Part shown: one piece after another, positions 9,488 to 19,975 of the stretch | How positions within the stretch are numbered: position 1 is the stretch's first letter | How the letters are laid out: every line of letters begins with the position of its first letter | Assembly (NCBI GenBank): GCA_001818315.1 | Contig: MHKF01000012.1 | Location: forward strand, 251,149 to 315,148 | Direction of reading: 5' to 3' | Length of the DNA: 64,000 nucleotides | Origin: Candidatus Kerfeldbacteria bacterium RIFCSPLOWO2_02_FULL_42_19 | GTDB taxonomy: Bacteria > Patescibacteriota > Patescibacteriia > HO2-48-17 | Position numbers and translations under genes: made by a program | Notes under the pieces: generated by a model | What the model was told of the DNA's origin: nothing | The model's input: the letters and a program-made list of their open reading frames with translations, nothing else | The model's database searches: none

Positions 9488-9848
9488 TAATAGAAATTTG
9501 CGTTTGAACACATTTTTCTTAAACAGTGCATTATCAATTAAATCCCGAATCCAAAGTTTCTAAGTTTCGGAGGCTTCTTTCGTGTTGTTTAAGCTGTTGT
9601 AGATCCGGTTTTTTTGCTCCAGATGTTTGACGCTTTTCCGTCGCTTCATCTTTTTCGACAAAAGCGTATTGCTCCATGGAGGGCGTGATATTTTTTTCTG
9701 ACATATATTTTTAGGCTAACATACGATTTCCTTCTTGCCAATACGTGTGTTATCCACAGGTTGCATTTGACATTCTTTTTTCTTGTGATATTCTCATAAG
9801 TGATGGGCGAGTCCTCTCGGAAACGAGGGGGCTTTTGCTTTTTGTTGC

Positions 9849-11354
9849 ATGCGATTGCATTCATCACAGGGATTTTTTGTTTTTGGACTTGGTTTCTGCT
9901 GTGGGGTATTTGTTGGTTTGTTATTCCCGAACAGCATTTGGATTTTTTCTTTAGCGATTGTTTTAGCGGTTTTTCTGGTTTGGTTATTTTGTGCTTTTTT
10001 GCGGAATAGAGCTATTTTTGATTTTTCACTTACAGTTTTTTTCTTTGCAAGCGGACTTTTGTGTGTCGGGATATTGTTAGGATTTTTTCCTGTTGTGTTG
10101 CGCGAGAAGTCTGCATTGCGTGCTGTTGAGATTTCGCCTACACATTCTTCTCTTTTTGAAGGAATCGTGACTGACGTTGATCAGCGCATCAATTATACGC
10201 GACTCGTTGTGCGTGTTTCTGGAGCTGTCGGTGACACATCCCTGTTGAATGAGAATGTACTCGTGACAGCCCCTTTGTATCCGGAATACAACTCTGGCGA
10301 TGTATTGCAACTGCAATGTCGTTTGCAGCAGCCTCAACCCATTGGTTTATTCCGTTATGATCGTTTTTTAGTATCGCAGGGTATTCAATGGACGTGTTAT
10401 TATCCGAACATTACTTGGCTAGGACGAACTTCTCTTGCTTGGTATCAGCATTTTGCGGTGTATAGAACACGTTTACTTCGTCGGATCAATAGCATGTTGT
10501 CGGAACCGTATGCGTCGCTGCTCGCAGGACTTCTTCTGGGCGTACGACGCGGTTTTCCACAAGAGCTTTCTCGTGTTTTTCAGAGAACCGGTACAAGTCA
10601 CGTACTTGCGATTTCGGGCTATAATGTTTCGCTGGTGAGTACGTTTTTACTCGTTTTCGCTATCCGGATTGGATTTTCTCGAAAAAAAGCTTTGATGATA
10701 GTGGGTTGCGGCATTGTTTTGTTTACTGTGTTTGTTGGTGCTTCGGCGTCGGTGATTCGTGCGAGTCTGATGGCACTTCTTATGCTACTCGCACGATATG
10801 TCGCTCGCCCTGCTGGTTCACGACAGATTTTTATGTTGGTTGCTTTTTTGGTTGCGTTGTTTCGTCCAGAATTATTTGTCTTTGATATTGGATTTCATCT
10901 TTCGTTTCTTGCCACATTAGGACTTGTATATCTTGCGCCTTTCTTTGAAAAAGTATTCCAAGGTTTGCCAGAGCAGTGGGGTTTGCGTGAGAATGCGGCG
11001 TCAACTCTTTCGGCGCTTGTTGCGACTCTTCCTCTCACTGTATTTCAGTTCCGCGGGGTTTCGCTGGTAGCGATGATCGCGAATATGGCCATACTTCCAG
11101 TGATTCCTTTCGTGATGCTGTTCGGAACACTGGAGGTCATTCTGAGTATACTTCCTCAATTCATCGCATTTATTTTTCTGTGGCCTACGTGGCTTTTGCT
11201 TACGTATGTATTATTTGTCTTGGAGCATCTTGCACGTTGGTCATGGGCGTATCGCGAAACGCCACAACTGCCGTGGCAGTTCATTGTTATTTGGTATGGT
11301 CTTTTGTGTTTTTGTTTTGTGCGCCGGTCACGATATTTTCAGCTTCATCACTAA
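9849..11354 (+). CDS. comEC: ComEC/Rec2 DNA internalisation channel (DUF4131 plus competence domain)
   Basis: Polytopic membrane protein with the ComEC core (LLAGLLLGVRRGFPQELSRVFQRTGTSHVLAISGYNVSLV). Confidence 0.85.
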   Translation: MRLHSSQGFFVFGLGFCCGVFVGLLFPNSIWIFSLAIVLAVFLVWLFCAFLRNRAIFDFSLTVFFFASGLLCVGILLGFFPVVLREKSALRAVEISPTHSSLFEGIVTDVDQRINYTRLVVRVSGAVGDTSLLNENVLVTAPLYPEYNSGDVLQLQCRLQQPQPIGLFRYDRFLVSQGIQWTCYYPNITWLGRTSLAWYQHFAVYRTRLLRRINSMLSEPYASLLAGLLLGVRRGFPQELSRVFQRTGTSHVLAISGYNVSLVSTFLLVFAIRIGFSRKKALMIVGCGIVLFTVFVGASASVIRASLMALLMLLARYVARPAGSRQIFMLVAFLVALFRPELFVFDIGFHLSFLATLGLVYLAPFFEKVFQGLPEQWGLRENAASTLSALVATLPLTVFQFRGVSLVAMIANMAILPVIPFVMLFGTLEVILSILPQFIAFIFLWPTWLLLTYVLFVLEHLARWSWAYRETPQLPWQFIVIWYGLLCFCFVRRSRYFQLHH

Positions 11355-11381
11355 CGTTTCTTAATTGATATTTTTCTCTTT

Positions 11382-12272
11382 GTGATGCGTGTTGTGCGAT
11401 ATAGTTTATTTGTTACCTTTCTCGCAGGCTTTTTTATTTCGTATGTTCTTTGGCATCAACGCGATATACTTTTGGTTTCTTTTTTCGATGTTGGTCAAGG
11501 AGACAGTACGTATATCCGCACTCCCTCCGGCGCTGATATTCTGATTGACGCTGGACCAGATTTGCTCACGCTCCATCGTTTGGGTCGACGTATGCCTTGG
11601 TATGATCGGCGTCTGGAACTTTTGGTACTTACTCATCCGGATAGTGATCACATCACCGCTGCTGTTGAAATTTTACGAAGGTATGAGGTGTTGCATATTT
11701 TGCTGCCAAACGTGGCGAATGATACGCCGGTATTTCACGCAATACACCAAGAGATTGAACAACAACACAGTGATGTACATTTCGCTGCTGTGGGTGAATC
11801 TTTGCAATTAGATAAAGTTCGCATTGACGTTTTACATCCGTCGTTCGCGGAGTATCCCAACAATGCTTCCATGCCTTTGGATGCTCGATTGCAACCTCCC
11901 ACGAACGATCTTTCGGTTGTGATGCTGCTTACGTATGGCGCGAATCGTTTTCTTTTTACTGGAGACGCAACTCGTAAACTAGAAGAAACAATGCTCAGAC
12001 GCGGCCTTGTAACACAGGTTCAATTTTTAAAAGTTGCCCATCACGGAAGTCGTACGTCAACGCATTGGGAATTTTTGGAGCAGGTTCGTCCGGAGATCGC
12101 GGTAATATCCGTCGGTCAAGAAAACCGCTTTGGACATCCACATCGCGAGGTTTTAGAACGACTCCAAAACATTGGCGCGACGATTCTCCGCACCGATATC
12201 TACGGAACTATTCATGCCGAGTGTGATCTACAACAATGTCGCTGGTCTTTTGAGAAGCACGATGCGCTATAG
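11382..12272 (+). CDS. MBL-fold metallo-hydrolase, ComEC C-terminal-domain-like, encoded as a separate gene
   Basis: LTHPDSDHITAA (the HxHxDH motif), VAHHGSRTS, and an N-terminal TM segment. It lies 27 nt after the comEC stop. Confidence 0.8.
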   Translation: MMRVVRYSLFVTFLAGFFISYVLWHQRDILLVSFFDVGQGDSTYIRTPSGADILIDAGPDLLTLHRLGRRMPWYDRRLELLVLTHPDSDHITAAVEILRRYEVLHILLPNVANDTPVFHAIHQEIEQQHSDVHFAAVGESLQLDKVRIDVLHPSFAEYPNNASMPLDARLQPPTNDLSVVMLLTYGANRFLFTGDATRKLEETMLRRGLVTQVQFLKVAHHGSRTSTHWEFLEQVRPEIAVISVGQENRFGHPHREVLERLQNIGATILRTDIYGTIHAECDLQQCRWSFEKHDAL

Positions 12273-13442
12273 ACCAAAATATTGTGCGAGTGTTTCGGCG
12301 TAAAGAATACTCCCTTGAATAAGTTCGTCGATCACAACATATTCATTGGGAACATGCGCTAATGCATCGTTGCCTGGATAATGAACTACGGACGGTATAC
12401 CCTTTTCGTAGAGATTTTTTGCCACGGTATTACCGCCGAATGTTTTGTACTTCATCGGTATGCGAAGTTTTTTTGCGGCTTTGTGAAAGCTTTGTGCGAT
12501 TTCTGAATCAAGACTTACAATATGTGGTTGAGTCTCGTGTTGTATTTGAAGTGTGAGTTTTGCGTATGGATAACGTTTTTTCACTTGCGTCACGATACGC
12601 TGGAGTGCCTTGAGTACATCGTGACTTGTAATGCCTTGGGGAAGACGAAAATCGATCACAGCTTCTGTTTTTGCGGGCACAACGTTTGCGGCAATACCGC
12701 CGGTGATCGTTCCAACGTTCATAGTCCATCCGTCAAACGCGGGATGAAACTTTTTCGGAAGCCGTAGTTCTTTGAGTGCATCTACAAAAGCGGCAAGCGG
12801 TTCAATAGCGTTTTTCCCCAGTGCAGGCGTTGATCCGTGTGCTTGCACGCCCGTGCTCGTTACTTGAATCCAGCAGACGCCTTTTTCCCCATAAATTGAG
12901 AGATTCATTTTCCCTCCATCGGGAATGATCGCAGCGTCAAAGCGCACTAACCCTTCGTTAAGTAAATAGATGATGCCAAGCGATGAACCCAATTCTTCAT
13001 CTGCAGCTGCGATGAGTATAATTCGTCCGTCGAAATGGAGGTGTTCTGCGATAAAAGCTTTGCATGCAGAATACGCACATGCAAATGAACCTTTGTCGTC
13101 CAGCGTTCCACGACCATAGATTCTGCCTTTCTTGAGAGTTGGCGTAAAAGGATCGGTATGCCACAACTCTCGGTCTCCTGGTGGAACCGTATCCATGTGA
13201 CTGACAAAAGCAATGGATTTTTTTCCTTTGCCGATAGTGCCGACAATATTGAGTCTGCCAGATTTTTTTTCGTGGTACGATACTTTCATTCCGAGTGCTT
13301 TCATCCTGCGCGTGATGATGTCTTTGACACGATATTCATTCCCCGGCGGATTCACAGTATTTTTTCGTACGAGTTCGCTTACGATGTGAATAATTTCTTT
13401 TCGGGCAATATGTTTGGCGTAGCGTGAAGATGTATACGACAT
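12267..13442 (-). CDS. M20-family metallopeptidase / deacylase (ArgE/DapE-like)
   Basis: HMDTVPPGD, GRGTLDDKGSFA and AAADEELGS metal-binding motifs. Confidence 0.85.
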   Translation of the reverse strand: MSYTSSRYAKHIARKEIIHIVSELVRKNTVNPPGNEYRVKDIITRRMKALGMKVSYHEKKSGRLNIVGTIGKGKKSIAFVSHMDTVPPGDRELWHTDPFTPTLKKGRIYGRGTLDDKGSFACAYSACKAFIAEHLHFDGRIILIAAADEELGSSLGIIYLLNEGLVRFDAAIIPDGGKMNLSIYGEKGVCWIQVTSTGVQAHGSTPALGKNAIEPLAAFVDALKELRLPKKFHPAFDGWTMNVGTITGGIAANVVPAKTEAVIDFRLPQGITSHDVLKALQRIVTQVKKRYPYAKLTLQIQHETQPHIVSLDSEIAQSFHKAAKKLRIPMKYKTFGGNTVAKNLYEKGIPSVVHYPGNDALAHVPNEYVVIDELIQGSILYAETLAQYFGL

Positions 13443-13558
13443 AGGTGCATTATAATATTTTTTTTTCGTTGACGGAAATGTTGATTTTCGCTACGATCCA
13501 GAAGTTGTAGAGGGATATACACAAAGAAACTGTCCGTACTTTTTGAAAGGAAACGATC

Positions 13559-14425
13559 ATGAACCAAGGGCTCGTTGGATATGTTGAGATCCTGTCGGTA
13601 GTTGTATGTTGGTCGATCATCAGTGGGGCATTGATACCGTGGATACAACTCGATCCTTTTGTGCTCTATCCCATCAGTGCTTTTATTGCGGCTCTTACTT
13701 GTCTTGCGCTATGTTTCGCGCAGTGGAGAACGATTTGGGGTTCGCTGCATTATGAACTCCTCTGGCCTCTCTTTCATATTTGCCTGCTGGTGGGCCTCAA
13801 CAACTTGCTTTTTTTTGCGGCACTTAAGACGACCTCGGTAGCGAACGCGATACTCACGCACTATCTTTGTCCTCTTCTCCTTGTGACGGTATTTGCGCCA
13901 CTTATCCTTCGAGAACGCATACTGCGGAAGCATCTGATCTCCGCAGTGCTCGGTCTGTTGGGACTCTTCGTTGTCCTGTGGGATCAGTTTGGCGCCGATA
14001 CTTTGAACATCGGTCTCGTGTGGGGTTTTGCTTCGGCTATCTTTTATGCCTGGCACCTGACACTTGAAAGTCGCTTAGCCACTCTGACGACATTGCATCC
14101 CGCTGCAGCGGCGGTATTCAAACACGGACTCCCGGCTCTGATTCTTTCGCCTGTAGCGCTGGATCACATTGTTGCGAACGGCCTGAATCTTGCGGACTTT
14201 GGAAAACTCTTTCTTCTTGGATCGTTCGGTTTTACGTTTATTCTCCAATACCGAGGACTTGGGAAGATTTCGAGTCAAGAAGCCGCGATTCTCTTTTACG
14301 GAGAGCCGATCGCGGCTATCTTTTGGGCCTATATCATTTGGAGTCAACCTGTTTCTTTTGCGACGTTCGTTGGCGGAACCTTGATTGTCGCTGCCGGCAT
14401 TATCGCTATACGAGGCCGACAATGA
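13559..14425 (+). CDS. EamA/DMT-family membrane transporter
   Basis: 288 aa with about 10 TM helices in a duplicated EamA-like arrangement. Confidence 0.6.
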   Translation: MNQGLVGYVEILSVVVCWSIISGALIPWIQLDPFVLYPISAFIAALTCLALCFAQWRTIWGSLHYELLWPLFHICLLVGLNNLLFFAALKTTSVANAILTHYLCPLLLVTVFAPLILRERILRKHLISAVLGLLGLFVVLWDQFGADTLNIGLVWGFASAIFYAWHLTLESRLATLTTLHPAAAAVFKHGLPALILSPVALDHIVANGLNLADFGKLFLLGSFGFTFILQYRGLGKISSQEAAILFYGEPIAAIFWAYIIWSQPVSFATFVGGTLIVAAGIIAIRGRQ

Positions 14426-14598
14426 ACAGTATGCATTGGTATTTTGAAGAGCGCGTTCACGAACGGTTTTTCTCGTTTTTTGGACGCGCTTTCTGTTTTG
14501 TATGAGTCTTTTTTAGAGTTTCATCATGTTTTTTGGCTTGATGACGAATGTGTTCATTATGTGCTACATTTGTAGTAAAGATTTTTTGTTTTTGTACT

Positions 14599-15462
14599 AT
14601 GTCGAATGAAGGGCAGCATTCTTATGAAGAGCATATTGCGGAGGAAGCATCACTGACTAAAAAACAACGTCGCGAGTTTCGTAAAGAGGAAGAGTTTGCA
14701 CGTCGAGCGTTGCAGAAAACAAAAGTGCGGCGTGATAAAGCATCCATGGCATTGATTGTTGCCATTGTGATTATCGTAGTTGCAGGGCTGCTCGTGTATC
14801 TCAAGCGTCCGGTTGATATTTCTCAAGTCGATACTTCTGCGGATCCTGTACGCGGAGCATCGAATCCTAAGGTTGTCATTCAAGAGTATGGAGATTTTCA
14901 GTGTGGCGCATGTTTGCAAGCCGAAACTGCACTGAAGCAAATTTTGGAAGCATATCCCGATACTGTTCAGCTCGTTTTTAAGGATTTTCCGTTGCGGACT
15001 ACTCATCTTTTGGCGCAAGCTGCAAGTGAAGCAGCACAATGCGCGTACAAGCAGAATACATTTTGGGAGTATCATGACGCGCTTTATGATCAGCAGACGA
15101 CGTGGAGTTCCATGTCCTCCACTGACTTTACGAATTTTCTAAAGACTCTTGCCACGCAAGTTGGAGTGAGTGATCAAGCTGCTTTTGAAAACTGCGTCGA
15201 TCAACGTGAAACGCGCGCTTCGGTGGATGCCGATGCTGCTATCGGTGATGGTTTACGTGTTCAATCGACGCCTACCTTCTTCGTGAACGGTGAACGAGTT
15301 GTTGGCGCAGTTCCTTTCGCCGAATTGCAAAAGATCATCGAAAAGAAACTTTCGGAAATCCCGCAAGATGCCGAAAAAAATACCAATCTTTTGAATGACC
15401 CACTCTTGAATGCGAATGCTGCCAATACCAATACTCTGAATATGTCGACCCCGGTACAATAA
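14599..15462 (+). CDS. DsbA-like thioredoxin-fold protein (membrane-anchored)
   Basis: TM anchor followed by the CxxC motif in EYGDFQCGACLQAE and a DsbA-like alpha insertion. The start is set at MSNEG. Confidence 0.8.
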   Translation: MSNEGQHSYEEHIAEEASLTKKQRREFRKEEEFARRALQKTKVRRDKASMALIVAIVIIVVAGLLVYLKRPVDISQVDTSADPVRGASNPKVVIQEYGDFQCGACLQAETALKQILEAYPDTVQLVFKDFPLRTTHLLAQAASEAAQCAYKQNTFWEYHDALYDQQTTWSSMSSTDFTNFLKTLATQVGVSDQAAFENCVDQRETRASVDADAAIGDGLRVQSTPTFFVNGERVVGAVPFAELQKIIEKKLSEIPQDAEKNTNLLNDPLLNANAANTNTLNMSTPVQ

Positions 15463-15495
15463 GTTCGTTTCTTTATTTTTTTACTGTTATTTGTA

Positions 15496-15657
15496 GTGAG
15501 AGGCAGGGATGCATATATTTTTTTCAAATGCTGTGATATCCAAACATGAACGATCTGTATTTGAAAGAGTTGCTGTAGTGCACACTTCCTTTCTGTATCT
15601 ACACAGTTGCTTATCACAACACATTTGAAAAAATTTATGCATCCCTGCCTCTCACGA
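15496..15657. repeat. Large intergenic palindrome with a 34-bp near-perfect stem and about 90-nt interior
   Basis: gtgagaggcagggatgcatatatttttttcaaatg pairs with catttgaaaaaatttatgcatccctgcctctcac. It sits between the dsbA-like and doxX-like genes. Confidence 0.8.
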
Positions 15658-15676
15658 TCGAAAAATCAAAAAGCCT

Positions 15677-16165
15677 ATGAGCAGTGCTTCTTCAAAGGTA
15701 TCTTATAAAGAATTGATCTGTTTCATCCTGCGTGTTCTTGTAGGATCACTTTTTATCACTTCTGGGATTTTGAAATTGTTGCAACCAACTGAAGAATTTA
15801 TTGCCCTCGTTCATGGATATCGCTTACTTCCTTTTGCGCTTGTACCGCTGTATGCGCGCATACTTCCTTGGTTTGAACTTGTTTTGGGAGTATTTTTTCT
15901 CCTCGGTTGGTATCAAAAATGGGCTGGTTTTGGAATCGCCCTTCTTCTTGTGAGTTTTATTATCGCTTTAATTTTAGTGCTTGCGCGCAATATTCCTTTA
16001 CAGAATTGTGGATGTTTCGGCGGTAAGCTCGGTGCGTTACTCGGAGAAAAACCGTGGGAAGTCTTAGTACGTAATTTTGTTTTATTGGGAGCTGTTGCTC
16101 TGGTTGTCCGGAATCAGATATCGCGTTGGTCACTTGATTATTGGTTTAGTAAGAAGTCTTTATAA
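15677..16165 (+). CDS. DoxX/MauE-family small membrane protein
   Basis: 162 aa, four TM helices, a C-terminal CGC motif (NCGCFGG), and thioredoxin-fold genes on both sides. Confidence 0.65.
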   Translation: MSSASSKVSYKELICFILRVLVGSLFITSGILKLLQPTEEFIALVHGYRLLPFALVPLYARILPWFELVLGVFFLLGWYQKWAGFGIALLLVSFIIALILVLARNIPLQNCGCFGGKLGALLGEKPWEVLVRNFVLLGAVALVVRNQISRWSLDYWFSKKSL

Positions 16166-16172
16166 GCATGCT

Positions 16173-16970
16173 ATGGAAGTCGCACGTATGTTTCGTCCAT
16201 GGTACAAACGTTGGTGGGGACTCCTCATTGTGTTTGTGTTTTCCATTTTGATTCTTTTTCTTACTGTTTTTAGCCTTCTGACTTTTTCTGTGTATCGAGG
16301 TTTAAAAAAAGGTACCTTTAATTACGAACGGTATTTTGGTTCCGCGGTTTCAAGCGATATCAATGCACTCGGAGAGAGACAACTTCCAGTGGATGTTTCG
16401 GTTGATGATGATCCGGCGACTGGCAATCTCATCGATCCTAAAGTAGTGATTATTGCCTTTGAGGATTTTCAGTGTCCTTTTTGCGGTGAAGCCTTTCCGA
16501 CTGTGAAAGAAATTGTCAAATTGTATGGCGATGAGATACAATTTGTGTACCGCGATTTTCCTGTTTCATCGATTCATGAGGATGCACAAAAAGCGGCTGA
16601 GGCAGCGGAATGTGCCGAAGATCAAGGAAAATTTTGGGAAATGCATGATATGATTTACCTGAATCAGGACACCATGCGTGTAGCAGATTTGAAGCGTTTT
16701 GCTGCTGATCTTAGTTTAGATATGGCGACTTTCGGACGGTGTCTGGATAGCGGCCAGTATGAAGAAGAGGTGCGAAATGACTTGCGTGATGGAATCATCG
16801 CTGGCGTCACCGGCACACCGACATTTTTCATGAATGGATTTAAAATTGCGGGTGCGGTTCCATTGGATATTTTGAAACGTCTGATAGAGGCGGAAATTGC
16901 GCGGCAGACGAGTCTTGAGTTCATGAATCGACCTGATGTGAGTGAACCTGTGAATACTTCTGCGCCTTGA
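16173..16970 (+). CDS. DsbA-like thioredoxin-fold protein (second copy)
   Basis: TM anchor followed by FEDFQCPFCGEAFP (CxxC) and a DsbA-fold C-terminus (GTPTFFMNG). The start is set at MEVARMF, just after the doxX-like stop. Confidence 0.8.
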   Translation: MEVARMFRPWYKRWWGLLIVFVFSILILFLTVFSLLTFSVYRGLKKGTFNYERYFGSAVSSDINALGERQLPVDVSVDDDPATGNLIDPKVVIIAFEDFQCPFCGEAFPTVKEIVKLYGDEIQFVYRDFPVSSIHEDAQKAAEAAECAEDQGKFWEMHDMIYLNQDTMRVADLKRFAADLSLDMATFGRCLDSGQYEEEVRNDLRDGIIAGVTGTPTFFMNGFKIAGAVPLDILKRLIEAEIARQTSLEFMNRPDVSEPVNTSAP

Positions 16971-17121
16971 ATGACGAAAGTGTATACGAGGGGTCTTGTC
17001 ACCGATTTACCTCCTCCGTGCTCATCCTGATCAAAACGGGATTGCGCGCGGTGAAGGTGAATCGGTGCCACCCCTCAATAGAACGTTTCGTCATTCACTG
17101 TCTCTCATTGTAAACAAATAT

Positions 17122-18102
17122 ATGCAACTTCCTACATCTCTTACACAATATCTTCTTCAACATTTGTCCCAGCATCCGGATCAAAAGGACCTTGTGCTTA
17201 TGATGTCTGAACTAGCGGTGATTGGAAAAATTATTTCTAAGGAAACGAATCGCGCGGGACTTTCTGGTATTCTCGGCGCTGTTGGAATGACGAATATTCA
17301 GGAAGAGCAAGTACAGAAGCTTGATGTTTTTGCCAATGAACTGTGCAAGTCATATCTGAAAAATTCCGGTTATTTTGCGGCCTTGGCATCCGAAGAAGAA
17401 GAACATGTTGTGAATCTTGAGAAAAGTGACGCGCAGTATATTATCGCTTTTGATCCTTTGGACGGTTCGAGTAACATTGATGTGAACGTGAGTATCGGCA
17501 CGATTTTTTCCGTACTCCGTGTGCAGGAAGGAATGCCAGCAGCAAGCGAGCAGCAATTTTTTCAGAAAGCGTCAGCGCAAGTACTTGCTGGTTATCTTTT
17601 GTACGGTTCGAGCACAGTACTTGTTTTTAGTTTTGGTGCAGGCGTTCATGAGTTTACCTTGGATCAGACAGTTGGCGAATTTTTGCTTTCTCGAGGCAAT
17701 ATTCAGCTTCCGGAAGGCGGTCAGACCTACAGCGTGAACGAAGGGAATACACGGTATTTTTCATCAGAGGATAAACGTTTTATCGACGCTCTAAAATTCG
17801 ATCGCGGGATGAGTAGTCGTTATGTCGGTTCGCTCGTCGCTGATTTTCATCGCACGCTGCTTACGGGCGGTATCTTTTTGTACCCGGGGATTGATAAAGA
17901 TGGTTCGGGTGTGTATAAGGGTAAGCTTCGTTTGAATTACGAGGTGAAGCCGCTTGCTTTTATGTTAGCTCAAGCTGGGGGGTATTCTACGGATGGGCAA
18001 AGCGATCTTGTGGAGCGTGTGCCTGTGAAATTACATGAACGTGTACCGTTTATTTTTGGGAATCGTGCCCTTGTGGAAGCATATCAAAATGAGCGTCGTT
18101 GA
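17122..18102 (+). CDS. fbp: Fructose-1,6-bisphosphatase class 1
   Basis: Aligns along its whole length to E. coli Fbp, including DPLDGSSNIDVNVSIGTIFS and GKLRLNYE. The start is set at MQLPT. Confidence 0.9.
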   Translation: MQLPTSLTQYLLQHLSQHPDQKDLVLMMSELAVIGKIISKETNRAGLSGILGAVGMTNIQEEQVQKLDVFANELCKSYLKNSGYFAALASEEEEHVVNLEKSDAQYIIAFDPLDGSSNIDVNVSIGTIFSVLRVQEGMPAASEQQFFQKASAQVLAGYLLYGSSTVLVFSFGAGVHEFTLDQTVGEFLLSRGNIQLPEGGQTYSVNEGNTRYFSSEDKRFIDALKFDRGMSSRYVGSLVADFHRTLLTGGIFLYPGIDKDGSGVYKGKLRLNYEVKPLAFMLAQAGGYSTDGQSDLVERVPVKLHERVPFIFGNRALVEAYQNERR

Positions 18103-18122
18103 TACTCTCTTCAACTTGTTCC

Positions 18123-18230
18123 CCGGGATAAATTTTTTTCAGAACACACGGAAAAGTGTCCTGCAAAAAATTATCCCAGGGAGCGAGTTGAATCGACTTG
18201 CATACTTTCATAGCTAAGGAAAAGTGTCCT
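18123..18230. repeat. Small palindromic element (family B: inverted-repeat arms around the TTCAGAACAC..GAAAAGTGTCC core) plus a partial direct duplicate
   Basis: ccccgggataaattttt pairs with aaaaaattatcccaggg, flanking cagaacacacggaaaagtgtcctgc. ggaaaagtgtcctgcaaaa repeats at 18209. Confidence 0.7.
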
Positions 18231-18311
18231 GCAAAACAATACCCCGCAGGAGAGAGCGAGAGTTTCATCTTCACTCGAGTGCACTGTTTCCTAAATTTTT
18301 AACCTCATTTT

Positions 18312-19388
18312 ATGTCCGAACTCTTTCACAACATTGAAACTATACTCGGTGACGATGCCGAATCTCTTTTGTCGCATACGTGCAAAACTATCCGAAAGGA
18401 AAAATTGCATCTCCCGGGACCTCATTTTTTCGAAGATGTTTTTTCCATTTCAGATCGTTCATTGCAGGTTATGAAAAATCTTGCGCAATTGCGCGATCAC
18501 GGAAGGCTTTCCGGGACTGGCTATATTTCTATTTTGCCTGTGGATCAGGGTATTGAACATTCCGCCGGGGCATCGTTTGCAAAAAATCCCGATTATTTTG
18601 ATCCGGAAAATATTGTAAAACTCGCTATCGAAGGCGGATGCAATGGAGTTGCTTCGACGATTGGCGTGCTTGGCATGGTAAGTAAAAAATATGCTGATCG
18701 TATTCCCTTTATAGTCAAACTCAATCATAACGAGCTTTTGAGTTTTCCGAATACACATGATCAAATTATGTTTGCTTCTGTGGAACAAGCGTATAATCTT
18801 GGCGCTCGCGGCGTTGGGGCGACGATCTATTTTGGCTCCAAAGAATCTCATCGGCAAATTCAAGAAGTGAGCCTTGCCTTTCATGAAGCCCACCGGCGCG
18901 GCATGTTTACGATCCTCTGGTGTTACCTTCGCAATAGCGCTTTTAAAGTAGACGGAAAAGATTATCATGCTGCCGCGGACCTTACGGGGCAAGCGAATCA
19001 TCTTGGAGCGACGATTAAAGCAGATATTATTAAACAGAAATTTCCCAACATCAACGGTGGATACAAGGCTCTTAATACTGGAGAAAAGAAGTTTGGAAAA
19101 TTCGATGAACGTATGTACACAAACCTTGCGAGTGATCACCCTATTGATCTTTGCCGTTATCAAATCGTGAATAATTATATGGGTCGTGTCGGGCTTATTA
19201 ACTCAGGTGGGGAGTCCGGAAAAAACGATCTTCATGATGTTGTTTTTACCGCTGTTGCGAATAAACGCGCTGGCGGCATGGGGCTGATTGTTGGGCGGAA
19301 ATCATTTCAGAAATCCTTTGAAGAGGGCGTGAAGTTGTTACATGCCGTGCAAGACGTGTATAGGTGCAAGGAAATTACTATCGCGTAA
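18312..19388 (+). CDS. fbaB: Class I fructose-bisphosphate aldolase (FbaB/DhnA type)
   Basis: Near-colinear with E. coli FbaB ([48 protein letters not shown]...VKLNHNE...LINSGG...[11 protein letters not shown]). Confidence 0.93.
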   Translation: MSELFHNIETILGDDAESLLSHTCKTIRKEKLHLPGPHFFEDVFSISDRSLQVMKNLAQLRDHGRLSGTGYISILPVDQGIEHSAGASFAKNPDYFDPENIVKLAIEGGCNGVASTIGVLGMVSKKYADRIPFIVKLNHNELLSFPNTHDQIMFASVEQAYNLGARGVGATIYFGSKESHRQIQEVSLAFHEAHRRGMFTILWCYLRNSAFKVDGKDYHAAADLTGQANHLGATIKADIIKQKFPNINGGYKALNTGEKKFGKFDERMYTNLASDHPIDLCRYQIVNNYMGRVGLINSGGESGKNDLHDVVFTAVANKRAGGMGLIVGRKSFQKSFEEGVKLLHAVQDVYRCKEITIA

Positions 19389-19503
19389 GCTCGTGACAAA
19401 ACGATTCTTATCCAACCTGATAGGCTTTCTTCATGGGCGACTCTTTTTGTGAGCTGGCACGGTTCGAGCGAAATGCATTTGTGTTGGCGATGTTTTTTGC
19501 AAG

Positions 19504-19512
19504 CTGGTATAA
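19504..19512 (+). promoter_or_regulatory. Extended -10 element (TGgTATAAT) 17 nt upstream of the rpiB start
   Basis: ctggtataatgtgagtaacatttctATG. Confidence 0.4.
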
Positions 19513-19528
19513 TGTGAGTAACATTTCT

Positions 19529-19975
19529 ATGTTGTATCTTGGTACAGATCATCAGGGTTTTCGTACAAAAGAGCGTTTAAAACATTGGCTTGAAAGTAAG
19601 CAAATTCCCTATAAAGACATGGGATCATTTTCTTTTCATAAGGCCGATGATTATCCTGATTTTGCTAGTTTTGTTGCTCGGGCAGTGCAACAGTCGCCCC
19701 AGAGGCATCGCGGCATACTTTTGTGCGGTTCTGGAGTTGGTGTGAGTATTGTAGCGAATAAATTTCGGAATATCCGTGCGGCTCTCTGTGCGACACCCGC
19801 TATTGCCAAAGCTTCTCGGAGCGATGATAACAGTAATGTGCTGGCACTTCCAGCAAGTTTTCTTTCTTGGCCAGCACTTCAGCGTATTGTTTCGGTATGG
19901 CTCACAGCGCCTTTTAGTGGGTTTTCGCGTCATAAACGACGCATTGCAAAAATTCATCGCATCGAACGACTATGA
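19529..19975 (+). CDS. rpiB: Ribose-5-phosphate isomerase B
   Basis: MLYLGTDHQGF and LCGSGVGVSIVANK, typical of RpiB/LacAB. Confidence 0.88.
   Translation: MLYLGTDHQGFRTKERLKHWLESKQIPYKDMGSFSFHKADDYPDFASFVARAVQQSPQRHRGILLCGSGVGVSIVANKFRNIRAALCATPAIAKASRSDDNSNVLALPASFLSWPALQRIVSVWLTAPFSGFSRHKRRIAKIHRIERL

Noticed and set aside
9556-9696. Possible about 55-aa minus-strand small protein (MSEKNITPSMEQYAFVEKDEATEKRQ...)
   Set aside because: No RBS or promoter, and no recognisable fold. It is kept out of the feature list, but conservation could rescue it.
18459-19163. 234-aa minus-strand ORF
   Set aside because: It is fully antisense to fbaB, whose product aligns end-to-end with E. coli FbaB.
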